A stretch of DNA of 63,823 nt, counting the filler, from Hausera hauseri (Eukaryota): the NCBI GenBank assembly GCA_046269625.1. It is 13 parts of 13 records of this genome, joined end to end, with 100 filler letters (N's around TTAATTAATTAA, not from the genome) between each part and the next. Parts side by side here need not be neighbours in the genome. Positions count along the whole stretch, not along the records: positions 33,397 to 38,192 come from JBJURY010433472.1; positions 38,293 to 42,613 come from JBJURY010636108.1; positions 42,714 to 47,067 come from JBJURY010621109.1; positions 47,168 to 52,321 come from JBJURY010320383.1; 9 more parts are not named here. One strand, 5' to 3'. A program made the translations under genes and the position numbers. Of this stretch, positions 38,139-49,024 are shown piece after piece. Each line of letters opens with the position of its first letter. The first letter of the stretch is position 1. The notes under the pieces were generated by a model. The model was not told the DNA's origin and made no database searches. It saw nothing but the letters and a program-made list of their open reading frames with translations.

Positions 38139-38292
38139 AAAATAAAAGTTTGATAATGACTTGATCGCCCTTCTGTAATTTAGACAATATTANNNNNNNN
38201 NNNNNNNNNNNNNNNNNNNNNNNNNNNNNNNNNNNNTTAATTAATTAANNNNNNNNNNNNNNNNNNNNNNNNNNNNNNNNNNNNNNNNNNNN

Positions 38293-41100
38293 AAAAGATA
38301 ATGACGGACAAACTGAAAAGAAAACCAGATGAAAACAAAAGAAGAAATAAAAGTACGAAAATCGATTGGAATGAGAGGTTACAAAAATGTGAAATTTTAA
38401 GTCAAAAAGAGAAGGAGATGGTAATCAAATTATTGGAAAAGAATGACAGTCGATTTGCAGAAACTGACTATGACCTAGGCACAATGAAAATAATACAGCA
38501 TACCATCAAGTTGAAGGATGGACAAGACAAGCCTATTAAGAAAAGACCGTATAGACTAGCATACGATAAGAAACAGGAAGCGCGTAAAATAATAAAAGAG
38601 ATGACGGAAAATAAGATAATTCGACCAAGTTGCTCCCCATGGACAGCGCCAGTAGTGATGGTCAAAAAGACAGACGGAACTATGAAATTTTGTATACACC
38701 ATAGGGCCTTAAACGAAATAACAGAGACAAATGCATATCCTTTACCAAGAATTGACGAGATTATAGATAAACTACACAGATCGACCATATTCACGACCTT
38801 CGATCTACAAAAAGGCTATTGGTAAGTGGAGGTGAAAGAAGAAGATAAACCAAAGACAACCTCCTCAATTGGAGAAGGGTTATGGGAGTTCAACAGGATG
38901 CCATTTGGATTGAAGAATGGTCGGCCCACATTTCAAAGAGGAACAGAACTCCTGTTGTTAGATGCCCCACATGCCATGGTATATATCGATGGTGTAATAA
39001 TAAAATCACCAAATTTTCAACAACATTTAAAAGATCTACAGGATCTCTTTGATAGATGCGAAATAATGGGTTCAAAGATAAATCCCAAGAAATGTTTATT
39101 TGCCCAAGCAGAAGTAGATTTCCTCGGACATAAAGTAGATAGGCATGGTGCAAAACCTCAGGACAAGCTCTTGGGAAAAATAAGAGATTTTCCTAAACCA
39201 AGTACAGTTAGAGAATTACGTCAGTTTCTAGATTTAGCAAACTATTACCAATGATTTATAAAGGATTTTAGTAAAATTGCGAAACCGTTATATGAATTGT
39301 TACGTAAGGACCTAGAAAAAGTTATTTGGACAAATGAATGTCAAAAAGCTTTTGAATATTTAAAAGATAGACTATTAACGGCTCCTATATTAATTTATCC
39401 GGACATGACCAAACCATTTAGTTTGGCAACAGACGCAAGTGATTATGGAGTAGGAGAAGTATTATCACAGAAGGGCGAAGAAGGAAAAGAACACCCAGTA
39501 GCTTATGCTTCACGAAAACTTAATAAGCATCATAAGAAATATACTGTAATAGAAAAGGAGTTATTGGCATTAATCTTTGCCTTGAAAGTATTTGCACCCT
39601 ATATTAGTGAAAATAAACCTCTCTTAATCTATACGGATCATAGACCGCTCCAATGGCTAAAGCATCATGAAAATCCAAACAGCAGATTACTACGATGTGC
39701 TCTAAAGTTACAACCATATACATTAAATTTCCAATATGAGCCTGGATCGTGAAATGCTAACGCCGACTACTTAAAGAGAATACCCGATAAATCAAAAACA
39801 AAGGCAGTAGTCGCAGCCATATGGAATATGAATGGATCAGTCGAGAAAATTAAGGCAAATCAAAATGAGGATGTAGAAATAAGGACCATTAGAAAGTACG
39901 TAGAAGACAAAACCATATCAGCTGACAGAGAGCTAACCCGTCACCTGGCTCAATTCAGCGAAGTTTACGAGGAAAAAGAAGGATTTCTATATTTTATTAG
40001 TCAAAGCGGCCCTGCGCTAGTAATTCCTAAGAAAAATAGAGTAGTTTCAATGACTCAGTATAATGATAAATTACTTGGTGGACACCAATTAGCCAATAAG
40101 ACACTAAACAAATTAAAACGGAAATACTTTTGGCCAACGATAACGAAAGATGTACAAGAATGGTGCGAAAGCTGCAAGCTGTTTGCTATCCGAAAAAACA
40201 TAGAATCAAAGTTTAAAGCACCATTAAATGTATGGGACAACCCTCCAGCACCATTCCAATTTACCGCAATCGATATAACGGGGCCATTACCGTTAACACG
40301 GAACGGAAACAAATATATCTTAGCCTTTATTAACTATTTCACCAGATGAGTTGTTGCCCTACCAATGCCTGATATGAAGGCAGACACAATAGCTGAAAGA
40401 TTTGTGGAAAATATAGTATTTAATTACGGAGCTTCAAGAATCCTCTTGACAGATCAAGCGTCAAATTTAACTGGAACTGTAATGCAGTCCATATACAACA
40501 TCCTGAAGATATTGAAATTACGATCTACACCGGGACATCCGGAGAATAACGGAATGGTTAAGAGATATATTGGCAATTTAAAAGGGAAATTACCAACGGT
40601 GGTAAATATTAGACAAGACGACTGGGACGAATACATCAATGCATGTGTTTTTGTAAATCGGACATCGGTTCATGAAGCTACTAAACAGACACCCTTTTAT
40701 CTAATGTATCTACGGGGCGCGAGATTACCGATCGATCTAGATATTAATGTAAAACCAATTTCACATTTAACGGAAATAGAAGATTATAAGAAGTTAATGC
40801 AGGAACGCCTTCAATTAGCATATAAAATGATTGGCGATAACCAGAAGGACTATAAATTAAAGTATAAAAAGTACTACGATCAAAAGACCAAACAGCCTAA
40901 AATCAAAATAGGTGACCAAGTAGTGCTGTATTCACCAGCAATTAAAAAGGGTAAAACATCTAAGTTAGATAGACCATATAAAGGACCGTATGAGGTAGAA
41001 AAGGTACACTTACCAAATATTTGTTTGAAGAAAAATAATACTTCAGTGAAAGTCCATGTTAATAGATGTAAGCCCGCTGCCAAGGAGAATGAACTAAGAA
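38293..41100 (+). mobile_element. Ty3/Gypsy pol (RT, RNase H, integrase) with stops
   Basis: SPWTAPVVMVKK, YPLPRID, DLQKGYW, RMPFGLKN, VYIDGV, ATDASDYG, EKELLAL, YTDHRPL, HHCC-type finger, AIDITGPLP, LTDQ and the GPY module. Confidence 0.96.
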
Positions 41101-41169
41101 AAGGTGAGAAAGAGTTGGTATGTAGCATTAGTGATAAAGTAATCGAAAGAGATTCAACAAATAAACTCC

Positions 41170-42519
41170 AGATAAAGGATGTCCTATTACTAATCATCAG
41201 CGTGTTATCGCCCATAGTGATAGGACAGATGACGAATTCAGAAATCGAACAAGCAAAAATAAGACATGCCGTCGCTATACAAGAAGATATACTAACGAAA
41301 GCTCTAAAGTATAAAATAACATATTCAGAGAAAGGACAAAAAATAATAATTTAGAGTATGCTAGACCAAATGACATCAACATATATGATGAGAATACAAA
41401 TGGTACCTTGGCACGATAACAAAAGAGACCTAACGAAAGACAGTCTAGTTGCCTATTGCACGCAAAAACCAATCACACAAAATGTTAGGTACAAGACTCA
41501 GGAGTTCACTATATATATCTTACGCTCATAAGGAAGCAAGGCGATTATTATAGAAGCCAGAAAACGCAATTTTTTAGATTCATAGTGATCCCTACTAGAC
41601 AACAAATGAATGAAACGTTATTAGACAAAATAATACTTAACCAAATGATAGCAAGGCGCATGGGATTCAAAAGCGGAAGAAGCTGCATAGAGGTCATAAC
41701 AATGATACGATTAGAAGATACTCGAAGAATGACAATAAAGCTGATAGACACAGCAATCCCAAAAGTCAGAGTCTGCAGAATTAAAGGCAATCAACAGCGA
41801 GTGTGTTGTATCGTTACGAGAGGCAAAATATACCACGTCCATTATCTTCTATTCCGAAAAAGGAATGGTAAATTCAGGTATCCAGTAGAACGAAAGGACC
41901 CACAATGTTCATACGATACAAAAATCAAAAAAAGTACGATGATATACAAAACAAAATCACGATGCCATCTGTGCAATCCTCGACTGATAAAAAAGAGATG
42001 ACTATCTTAATTAAACCCTACGCTTCATATTATCGTCAAAAGCGTTCCATATGGGATAACGTAACTATCATAGCAGCCCCCACTGCACTAAATATCTCCG
42101 TTAAACCAGATATCAATTTCGTAAAAATAAAATTTAGTTATAAAAAACAAGACATCATTGTAGCAAAAGGAATCATAACCCCTGATGATCTGATAGTTCC
42201 GCGTGCGGCTTTAGAGCCTGATATTAAATATACGGTCATTCTACAATTGTTAGATGACAATGACAAAATAACATCTACGAAAGTAATGTCTGCGATCACA
42301 AAAGGTAACAAAATAGAATCACCATACGGGATAAATACAGTTAAAAGTAAAAATACTAAACAACCATCACGAGCGGTATACATATATTCTCGCCTAGAAA
42401 TAATCATAATAGATTCAACAGTCCCAGTAGCAGTTATAATAATAGTAGTGATATTATTTAAGGTGATACAACGGCGACGCAAGAAGAAACGAATCTGGGT
42501 GCGAATTAACTTGCGCTAG
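41170..42519 (+). pseudogene. env-position membrane protein ORF of the Gypsy element (signal peptide, furin site, FN3-like domain, TM), frameshifted
   Basis: Hydrophobic VLLLIISVLSPIVIG in frame after integrase; RQKR; ALEPDIKYTVILQL; TM VPVAVIIIVVILF followed by RRRKKKR. Confidence 0.68.
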
Positions 42520-42879
42520 CTAACGAACCCGTTAGCAAGTGACAACCCCAGCTGACGGTTAAGTCTAGAAATTGCTATTTATGTCACCCTTTTAATAGCG
42601 ATAACCACATGTCNNNNNNNNNNNNNNNNNNNNNNNNNNNNNNNNNNNNNNNNNNNNTTAATTAATTAANNNNNNNNNNNNNNNNNNNNNNNNNNNNNNN
42701 NNNNNNNNNNNNNATTATTTTGAGGGGAAAGTGTTGCTTCTATATGGCTCTATATCAGCTACGTAATCACAATTTCCTTCAAGAACTTTAGACCAGACGA
42801 GTACAGAGGTAAACTGTTTCTTAATTTAAGTAATATAATTAAATAGTTTCAAATCCTAGTGAAAGCATTGGAAATTAGT

Positions 42880-43030
42880 TATTCCGTTTGCCTCGAGTGC
42901 TAGAGGTACGGAGTTCGAATCCCGGTGGAAGCACTTGGGTTTTTTCCTCCTGGACCTTCTAGTAATAAATTATGATCTCTGGATGGTGAGATCGGACGTC
43001 CGTGTTCATTGTTGTGCACGTTAAAAATCG
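42880..43030 (+). mobile_element. tRNA-derived SINE fragment with Meta/MESC-like central motif
   Basis: B box GAGTTCGAATCC followed by GTCCGTGT...TGTGCACGTTAAAAATC. Confidence 0.55.
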
Positions 43031-43034
43031 CTTT

Positions 43035-43303
43035 AAAAAAAAAGTACATTGTACACGCCTAAGAAGTGGAGTTAGTGTCCACATATTTTCCTAGACATCG
43101 GCACATAATTGGGCTATGTTGTCAGCATAACGTCAGGCCGCCTTTACTTTCCCAGAGAATTTCTCCGGTACCCATTTCTGAGGCTGGGTGGGCCCCTGGA
43201 GCCATTTTGATTTAATAAAAATTCAATGCCCACATCTGGTATTGAACCCGTAACCACACGATCGGCAGACGAGCACACTAACCGCAACGCCACCGCGGCT
43301 CCC
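43035..43303 (-). mobile_element. tRNA-derived SINE with Nin/Deu-like central domain, near full length
   Basis: A box TGGCGTTGCGG, B box GGTTCAATACC, then CCCACCCAGCCTCAGAAATGGGTACC...GGGAAAGTAAAGGCGG and a T-rich tail. Confidence 0.75.
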
Positions 43304-43559
43304 AAGACTGAATACGCATGCCCATTTCCAGGAACTCCACAATGTAGTTTATCATATTACAAGTTAATGTATCTGTGCGTTTATTCTTGATTGTGGTCAA
43401 GATATGAAATCTGACGGTTTTGTACAAGTTGTCTAGCTTCACTATCATCTGTCCTGGGGTGAGGACAATCAAGGCAGTCATGGCATCCAGCATGCCTTGT
43501 GGCGTCCAATAGTGCAGAAACAAACACTCGCCATTTCTCTCAATATGCAGCCATGCCTC

Positions 43560-43850
43560 CCTATAGTGCACCAGCTGTGCTGCATGTTGTTCAATTCCGC
43601 TTACAGTCTTCTACACCAGGCTGTTTTCGGTCTTCCTTTTATTCTTTTTCTCTCTGCCATCTAGTGCATCGTGGTCATGGTCTTTCCTGAGGACATGTCC
43701 AAGCCATCTCCATCGTCCATTTTTTTTAACCTTTGTATGACCGCTTCGAGCGCGGAGTTCCTGGTTACTAATGATCTGTGACCACAATACTCTATGAATT
43801 GTTCTTACCCATGATGCCAGCTTTGACATTTTTTTTCTGTTGTTCTCCAA
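43560..43850 (-). mobile_element. RTE-type LINE C-terminal fragment
   Basis: RVLWSQIISNQELRAR...RWRWLGHVLRK. Confidence 0.78.
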
Positions 43851-44639
43851 CTCTCTCCTTATTACCTACTAGCTTACATTTGTATTATTTATATCATATA
43901 ATTAAAATCATTCTTTACTTTTTTTACGCTAAACATTACACTATATTCTTACTTTTCTCCGCTCACATTTTTTAAAAAGTTACATTACATTCCTGATTTT
44001 GAATTTCTGAATAAATAATAATGTTCGATTATTGCAGATTGTGTTATTTATTTTAATGCGTTCATTGTTGATGATAAATATAGCTAACTTTAACATTTTA
44101 AGTTAATTTTACTTACTAAGATACTCCTCATCTACGCTGGGGCGTGGAAATTTGCCAATTTTCCAGAATTTTCGGTCTGCTGTCTTTTTTCTTGACGTCT
44201 TGATTTTTCAGACTTGTTCAGTATTAACAATGCAGAATTTTTTTGGTCTGCCGTGGTCTTGTTGCTTCAGGTCTGGTTTCCGTTACTTTTCGTGATAGCC
44301 GTTCTTGGCTCATTCTGCATCCATGTATGAGCAATTTCAGCTGCGCATGTGTGGCTGCAGTGGCATGCACATCAAAATTTACAGTTATTTTTTCCGGATT
44401 TTGTCCACTCGTTGAATCAATAATTACAGGCGGTCACATGATTAACACTACGTTCCTTTGTACAAAAACTAGACAAGAAACAAAACTGCCCAGGTATATA
44501 AAGAAGACCATTCAAGTTTCAACAATGATTATCGTCCTTGCACTCCCTGCAGACCCAGAGGTCCTCAGGTCGCCTTCTCAGAATCTCCTTAAGCGTACAT
44601 TGACTGACAATTCCAAATTCGGTATTAATTCACTATCCT

Positions 44640-44935
44640 TCTAGGTTTTTTTGCGTGTTCTTCATGTTTGAATCTCCTTTTTGGATGCAAAGTGTTCTGA
44701 TACTGACTAGTGATCTTGTTTCACCACTTTCATTGATAAAGGCGGACGATGTTGCTGTTTGATTCAATATGTCGATTTGATTGATCGATGTGCCCTCCAC
44801 CACAATTGCGGTGTCAGACAGTTTATCTGCTCTCTCCTTACCTCTGACTCCTGCATGACCAGGTACAAAGACTGTCGTGATACATGACCACCGTATACAC
44901 TCAAGCCATTTTTGTCTTTTCAGACTGAATTTTCA
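44640..44935 (-). mobile_element. Non-LTR retrotransposon RNase H fragment
   Basis: VFVPGHAGVRGKERADKL motif. Confidence 0.7.
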
Positions 44936-44999
44936 CTCGATATTCACACATGAATATAAGCCTGAGTTTAGAGCCACTGCACGGTCGTGGTCACAGCTA

Positions 45000-45360
45000 A
45001 CAGTTCTAGATGCTTTTGTATTTATTTATTCATTTTCCACGACTCACTTCCATAAAAGAGTATAGGCAGTATTTAAATCTATAAGACCCTCTTCCTTATA
45101 TGTTTTGTTAACGACTTATTAAAACTGATGTTTTTCATTTTGTGAAATGTTGCTTTAGCTTATGCTATACTGTTTTTCACCTCAGTAATGCGGCTTTCAT
45201 CTGCTTTTATTTTTGTTCCCAAATATTTAAACGTTTTGCAATCATCTGAGTTTATACTTCTAGATTCAGTCCACATCATTTCGCATAAGCCCTTTATACT
45301 AATATTCATTCTTTTCATTTCTCTCATGATATTATCCAACTTCCCATCTTAAATTTATGT
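45000..45360 (-). mobile_element. RTE-type RT thumb fragment
   Basis: FKYLGTKI...EVKNSIA*AKATF...ILPILFYGSESW. Confidence 0.7.
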
Positions 45361-45399
45361 CCTAACATTTCATGTACCTGTTTTGAGTGTATGTTTTTT

Positions 45400-46060
45400 T
45401 TTTATTTTTGCCTACAGTAATGTGTTGACGATCGGGTCTCGCCTGTACATCACGAATCCACAATTGTACCGCAAGTCAAACTCCTACCTGACAGTACATT
45501 TGTTGCAGTGCTCGTCCATGCCTCCTCATGTCGCCGTCGTCATCTCCTACTTCAATAGGTCGGTTGTAAATCTTGCCGTGGCGATGAATCCCATGTCTTC
45601 CTTATCGCGTGTTTTAACCAATCAACCCCCTTCCCTCTATCACCGTTGATAATGTCACCGTTCTCGCTTCTTTTAGCAGATCCTCATTTCTTAACTGAGT
45701 TTGGCCATTTTGTTTTCTGGATTCTTCTCAGACACGTATGTATGTGCTACGTGCTATTGGGACTAGCATCACTACATTTGGGACATTCCCATATCTGTTC
45801 CGCCCCCCTTTCCAGCAGCCAGCGAAAAGTGTTCCCGCTATTTGTTCTAGTATTTCGTTGATTGTAAGTTTTTCTTGCCTTTCCAGAAAGTAAGCTATTT
45901 GTTCCTTCACTCTTCACTATGCATGACTCCAGATATAGGTATTCTCTTCCCATTCTTTATCTTTATCCCCACGCAATTGTGCCTCCAAGGCACATAGTTT
46001 GGAAATAGTTTCAATTCTGTCCAATTTTCTTCATCATCTTCTATATTCTATGCAGTAGTG
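45400..46060 (-). mobile_element. Possible very degraded LTR-retrotransposon gag
   Basis: Weak gag-like segments and a degenerate knuckle (RYNCG). Confidence 0.3.
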
Positions 46061-46659
46061 CATTGGGAGCATTGCTCTTACATATACAAATTGTTGGAAT
46101 CAAGCGCAACTTCCAAATGTGTAAAATAACCTGTGACTCTTTATCATGTGACTCTTGTTTTCGTTCGTGATGTAATTGAATTGAGTGTAGCGTTTTCTTT
46201 GTGTGTTGTGCCTGAGAAAGACCTTTTTGGTAGTAACGTATTTGTTTTTCTTGTTCACCATACTCGTAAGACTCTATTACTCCATTTTTATTATTTTTTT
46301 TTTCACGACCGTAAAATAACTAGTGATGTCATAAATAGGAAGACATGTATACATGTATTCTTGCAAGGCAGCGGATGAGTGATGCTTGTATTGCTTGTTT
46401 TCATTTATATTTGTTACAATATATTTGCAAATATTATATTTGGGTTCACTGATTATCTCTACTCTTACAAACTATATTTTGGATGACTTTAAAAAAATAT
46501 TAACCATCTTCCATGGTAAATCCAACCAGCTAACAATTTGGTTCTCATGTACATTAATGAACTATACTAGCATGTTTAAACATGTTTACTTCTATTGGGG
46601 TGGAGGCTCTTGGAATCACTGTAAGATACCATTGCATAAGTTAAAAGAAGAACAATTAA

Positions 46660-47067
46660 ACGAATGGCAAATATTTTTCCGTGTAGAGATAAATCTTCTA
46701 GATATGGATAAATATGGTATCCAGCAAGTAATTAGTTTGCTGAGACAAATGGTTGAAGATCGTAGATTTTACCGAACATTTGATATACAATGGATAAACT
46801 TCAAACGAATACAATTTGTTAGTGCATGTAATCCTCCAAGTCCTGGTCGAAAACTATTAAGTCACAGAATTTTAAGAAATGTTCCAGTGGTGCGTGTTGA
46901 TTATCCTGGAAAAATGTCATTGAAACAGATATACGGTATATTAAACCATGCGATGTTAAGAATGTTGCCATTTCATTGAGGTTATATCGACACATTGGCA
47001 AATGCAATGGTAGAGTTTTTCTTGAAGACTCTAGATTGTTTCACTCAAACTGTGCAACTTCATTATA
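46660..47067 (+). pseudogene. DYNC1H1: Cytoplasmic dynein 1 heavy chain AAA3-region fragment, mutated
   Basis: [24 protein letters not shown]...[42 protein letters not shown], then after a frameshift LANAMVEFF...FTQTVQLHY. Confidence 0.9.
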
Positions 47068-47167
47068 NNNNNNNNNNNNNNNNNNNNNNNNNNNNNNNNN
47101 NNNNNNNNNNNTTAATTAATTAANNNNNNNNNNNNNNNNNNNNNNNNNNNNNNNNNNNNNNNNNNNN

Positions 47168-49024
47168 CCATAAAAATTCTACCTACTGCTTTTAGTAGAG
47201 CAGCTAGTATTTTTCGGGTACATCCAGTTATGGCGTATATTGAGTATGCATCCACACACGTCATACATCCATTTTTAAGAATTACAAATCCACAATAGAA
47301 GACTAATATAGTGGAAGCTATATTACCTAATCACTGAAACTGTCCAAATATTATACCAAAAATCTTTTTCATAGTTTTTTCTTGGATATCAGGATCTAGC
47401 ACAGTTTGCCAACCTTTACTATAATCTCTGGATGCTGTTCCACCCATTAAGACTGCATGTTCTACTCGATTAAACTCCTGTTCTCTCATTATTGGGAACA
47501 TAATTTGTTTTATGAAAGTATTTAATTTATTTGGTCCATATAATCCTACATTTGCTGTATCCTGAAATAAGTTTATATCGACTGCATACTTTTAGGATTT
47601 CATCCTTATGTTTAGTGGTGTTTAGACAATCGTACTGTCTGGTAATTGAACCCATTGTCCTTGATTATTATATTTTATTCTAGGCTTTATTAGTCCTAAA
47701 CAGTTATGAATAATAGTGGGTTTTGTTTCTTTTGGTAGAAGGATTCGTTTTATTGGTGTTACCAGTTTTATTTTATTATTTAATTTGACTGGAATTTCTG
47801 ATGTACAGATAGTTATATCTGATCTGTCTGTGACTAAACTTACCTCAAGTTTTGGACTCATGAAGGTCAATAAGGTTTCTCCGATTGCTCTTCCAAACAT
47901 TCCTTCGGCTAAGGGTAATTCTGGAACTAGAATATCCGGATTGGATGTGATTAAAGACAATTAAGTTCTTAAAATCTCTTGGTTTAATCTATAATCATTT
48001 TCTATGACTTCCGGATACATTTCGTGTATTCGTTTTCTAATGTAAAATTTCTAATGTAAAATTGTAGATGCAAATGTTGAGTTTTATCGAAAAATTCATT
48101 ATCTGCTCCTCTGACCCTTGTCGAAGATATAAAGAAATTATCATAATTTGTTTTCCATAAGGTCGTATCATATTTTATTGTAGCTTCTTGTCTTATAAAT
48201 TTCATCCCTTCTGTTATATTACTTGACCAATATATAGTCGGGGTATTTACTTCTGGGATTACTTTAACAGTTGAATGTGGAAGGTTTCTGTTCATTTCAT
48301 CGCTATAACGATAGCCTGTTGTCACATTAAACATTCCTTCTTTTAGGAGTGCTAAGAGACAGCTTGCTTTTTTATCATTCGTCCACATTAGTAATCCAGT
48401 CATTACTCGGCATGATTCTGCTGTATATTTGCAAAATGGTGCATCTATTATTGTACCTGTAGTTGTGTCAAAAACAAATTTAGCTGTTTTCAATTCAGCG
48501 ATATATCTTTGTGTGTGTACGTTTCCTTTTCCTCCACCATTAGCAGCACAATTTCCTGCAGCATCAATTGTTTCTTCTTTATAACGCAATACCGTTCGTA
48601 CTTCTCCTGGTTGAATATCTATAGTAAATCCATCCCAATTAATTCTTCCATATTGTATGGCTTCTAAACATTGCTGCGGTGTAATTTTCAATTGCATAAA
48701 TGGTGTGAAAGGTTTAATTTCGGATATATGACTATGCATTCCACAATATTGTAATTTTTCAGACAATTGTAAAGAGCATTCATGGCCGGATACATGTAAC
48801 TTTTGTTTTTGTTGATAAACGTATATATGTTCCCTTTGGGTAGTTAGACGATGAGGTGATGCGTCTGGACATTTGTCTAGATCCATTAAAGAATAATACT
48901 TTCCATGCTTAATATTATTATTACAATCATATATGGTAATACCTGCTCCTTTTGGTAGGATAGTTGTTAGTAGTAATAATACGGCTAATATTGCATTTAA
49001 AATATTCTTATTGTTGCATGGCAT
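47168..49024 (-). pseudogene. Chuvirus-type (Jingchuvirales-like) envelope glycoprotein, near complete, disrupted
   Basis: Signal peptide then ITIYDC, YSLMDLDKC, YCGMHSH, AGNC, GMFGRAIGE, CTSEIPV, VTPIKRIL, VGLYGPNKL...IMFP and a C-terminal TM region ending AYSIYAITG; this is the motif order of chuviral G proteins. Confidence 0.85.

Noticed and set aside
43228-43303. Functional tRNA gene
   Set aside because: A and B boxes are present but the acceptor stem does not close and a SINE body follows.
46386-46660. N-terminal part of the 197-aa ORF as a membrane protein fused to dynein
   Set aside because: AT-rich open frame with a non-ATG start and no recognisable homology; probably chance read-through.
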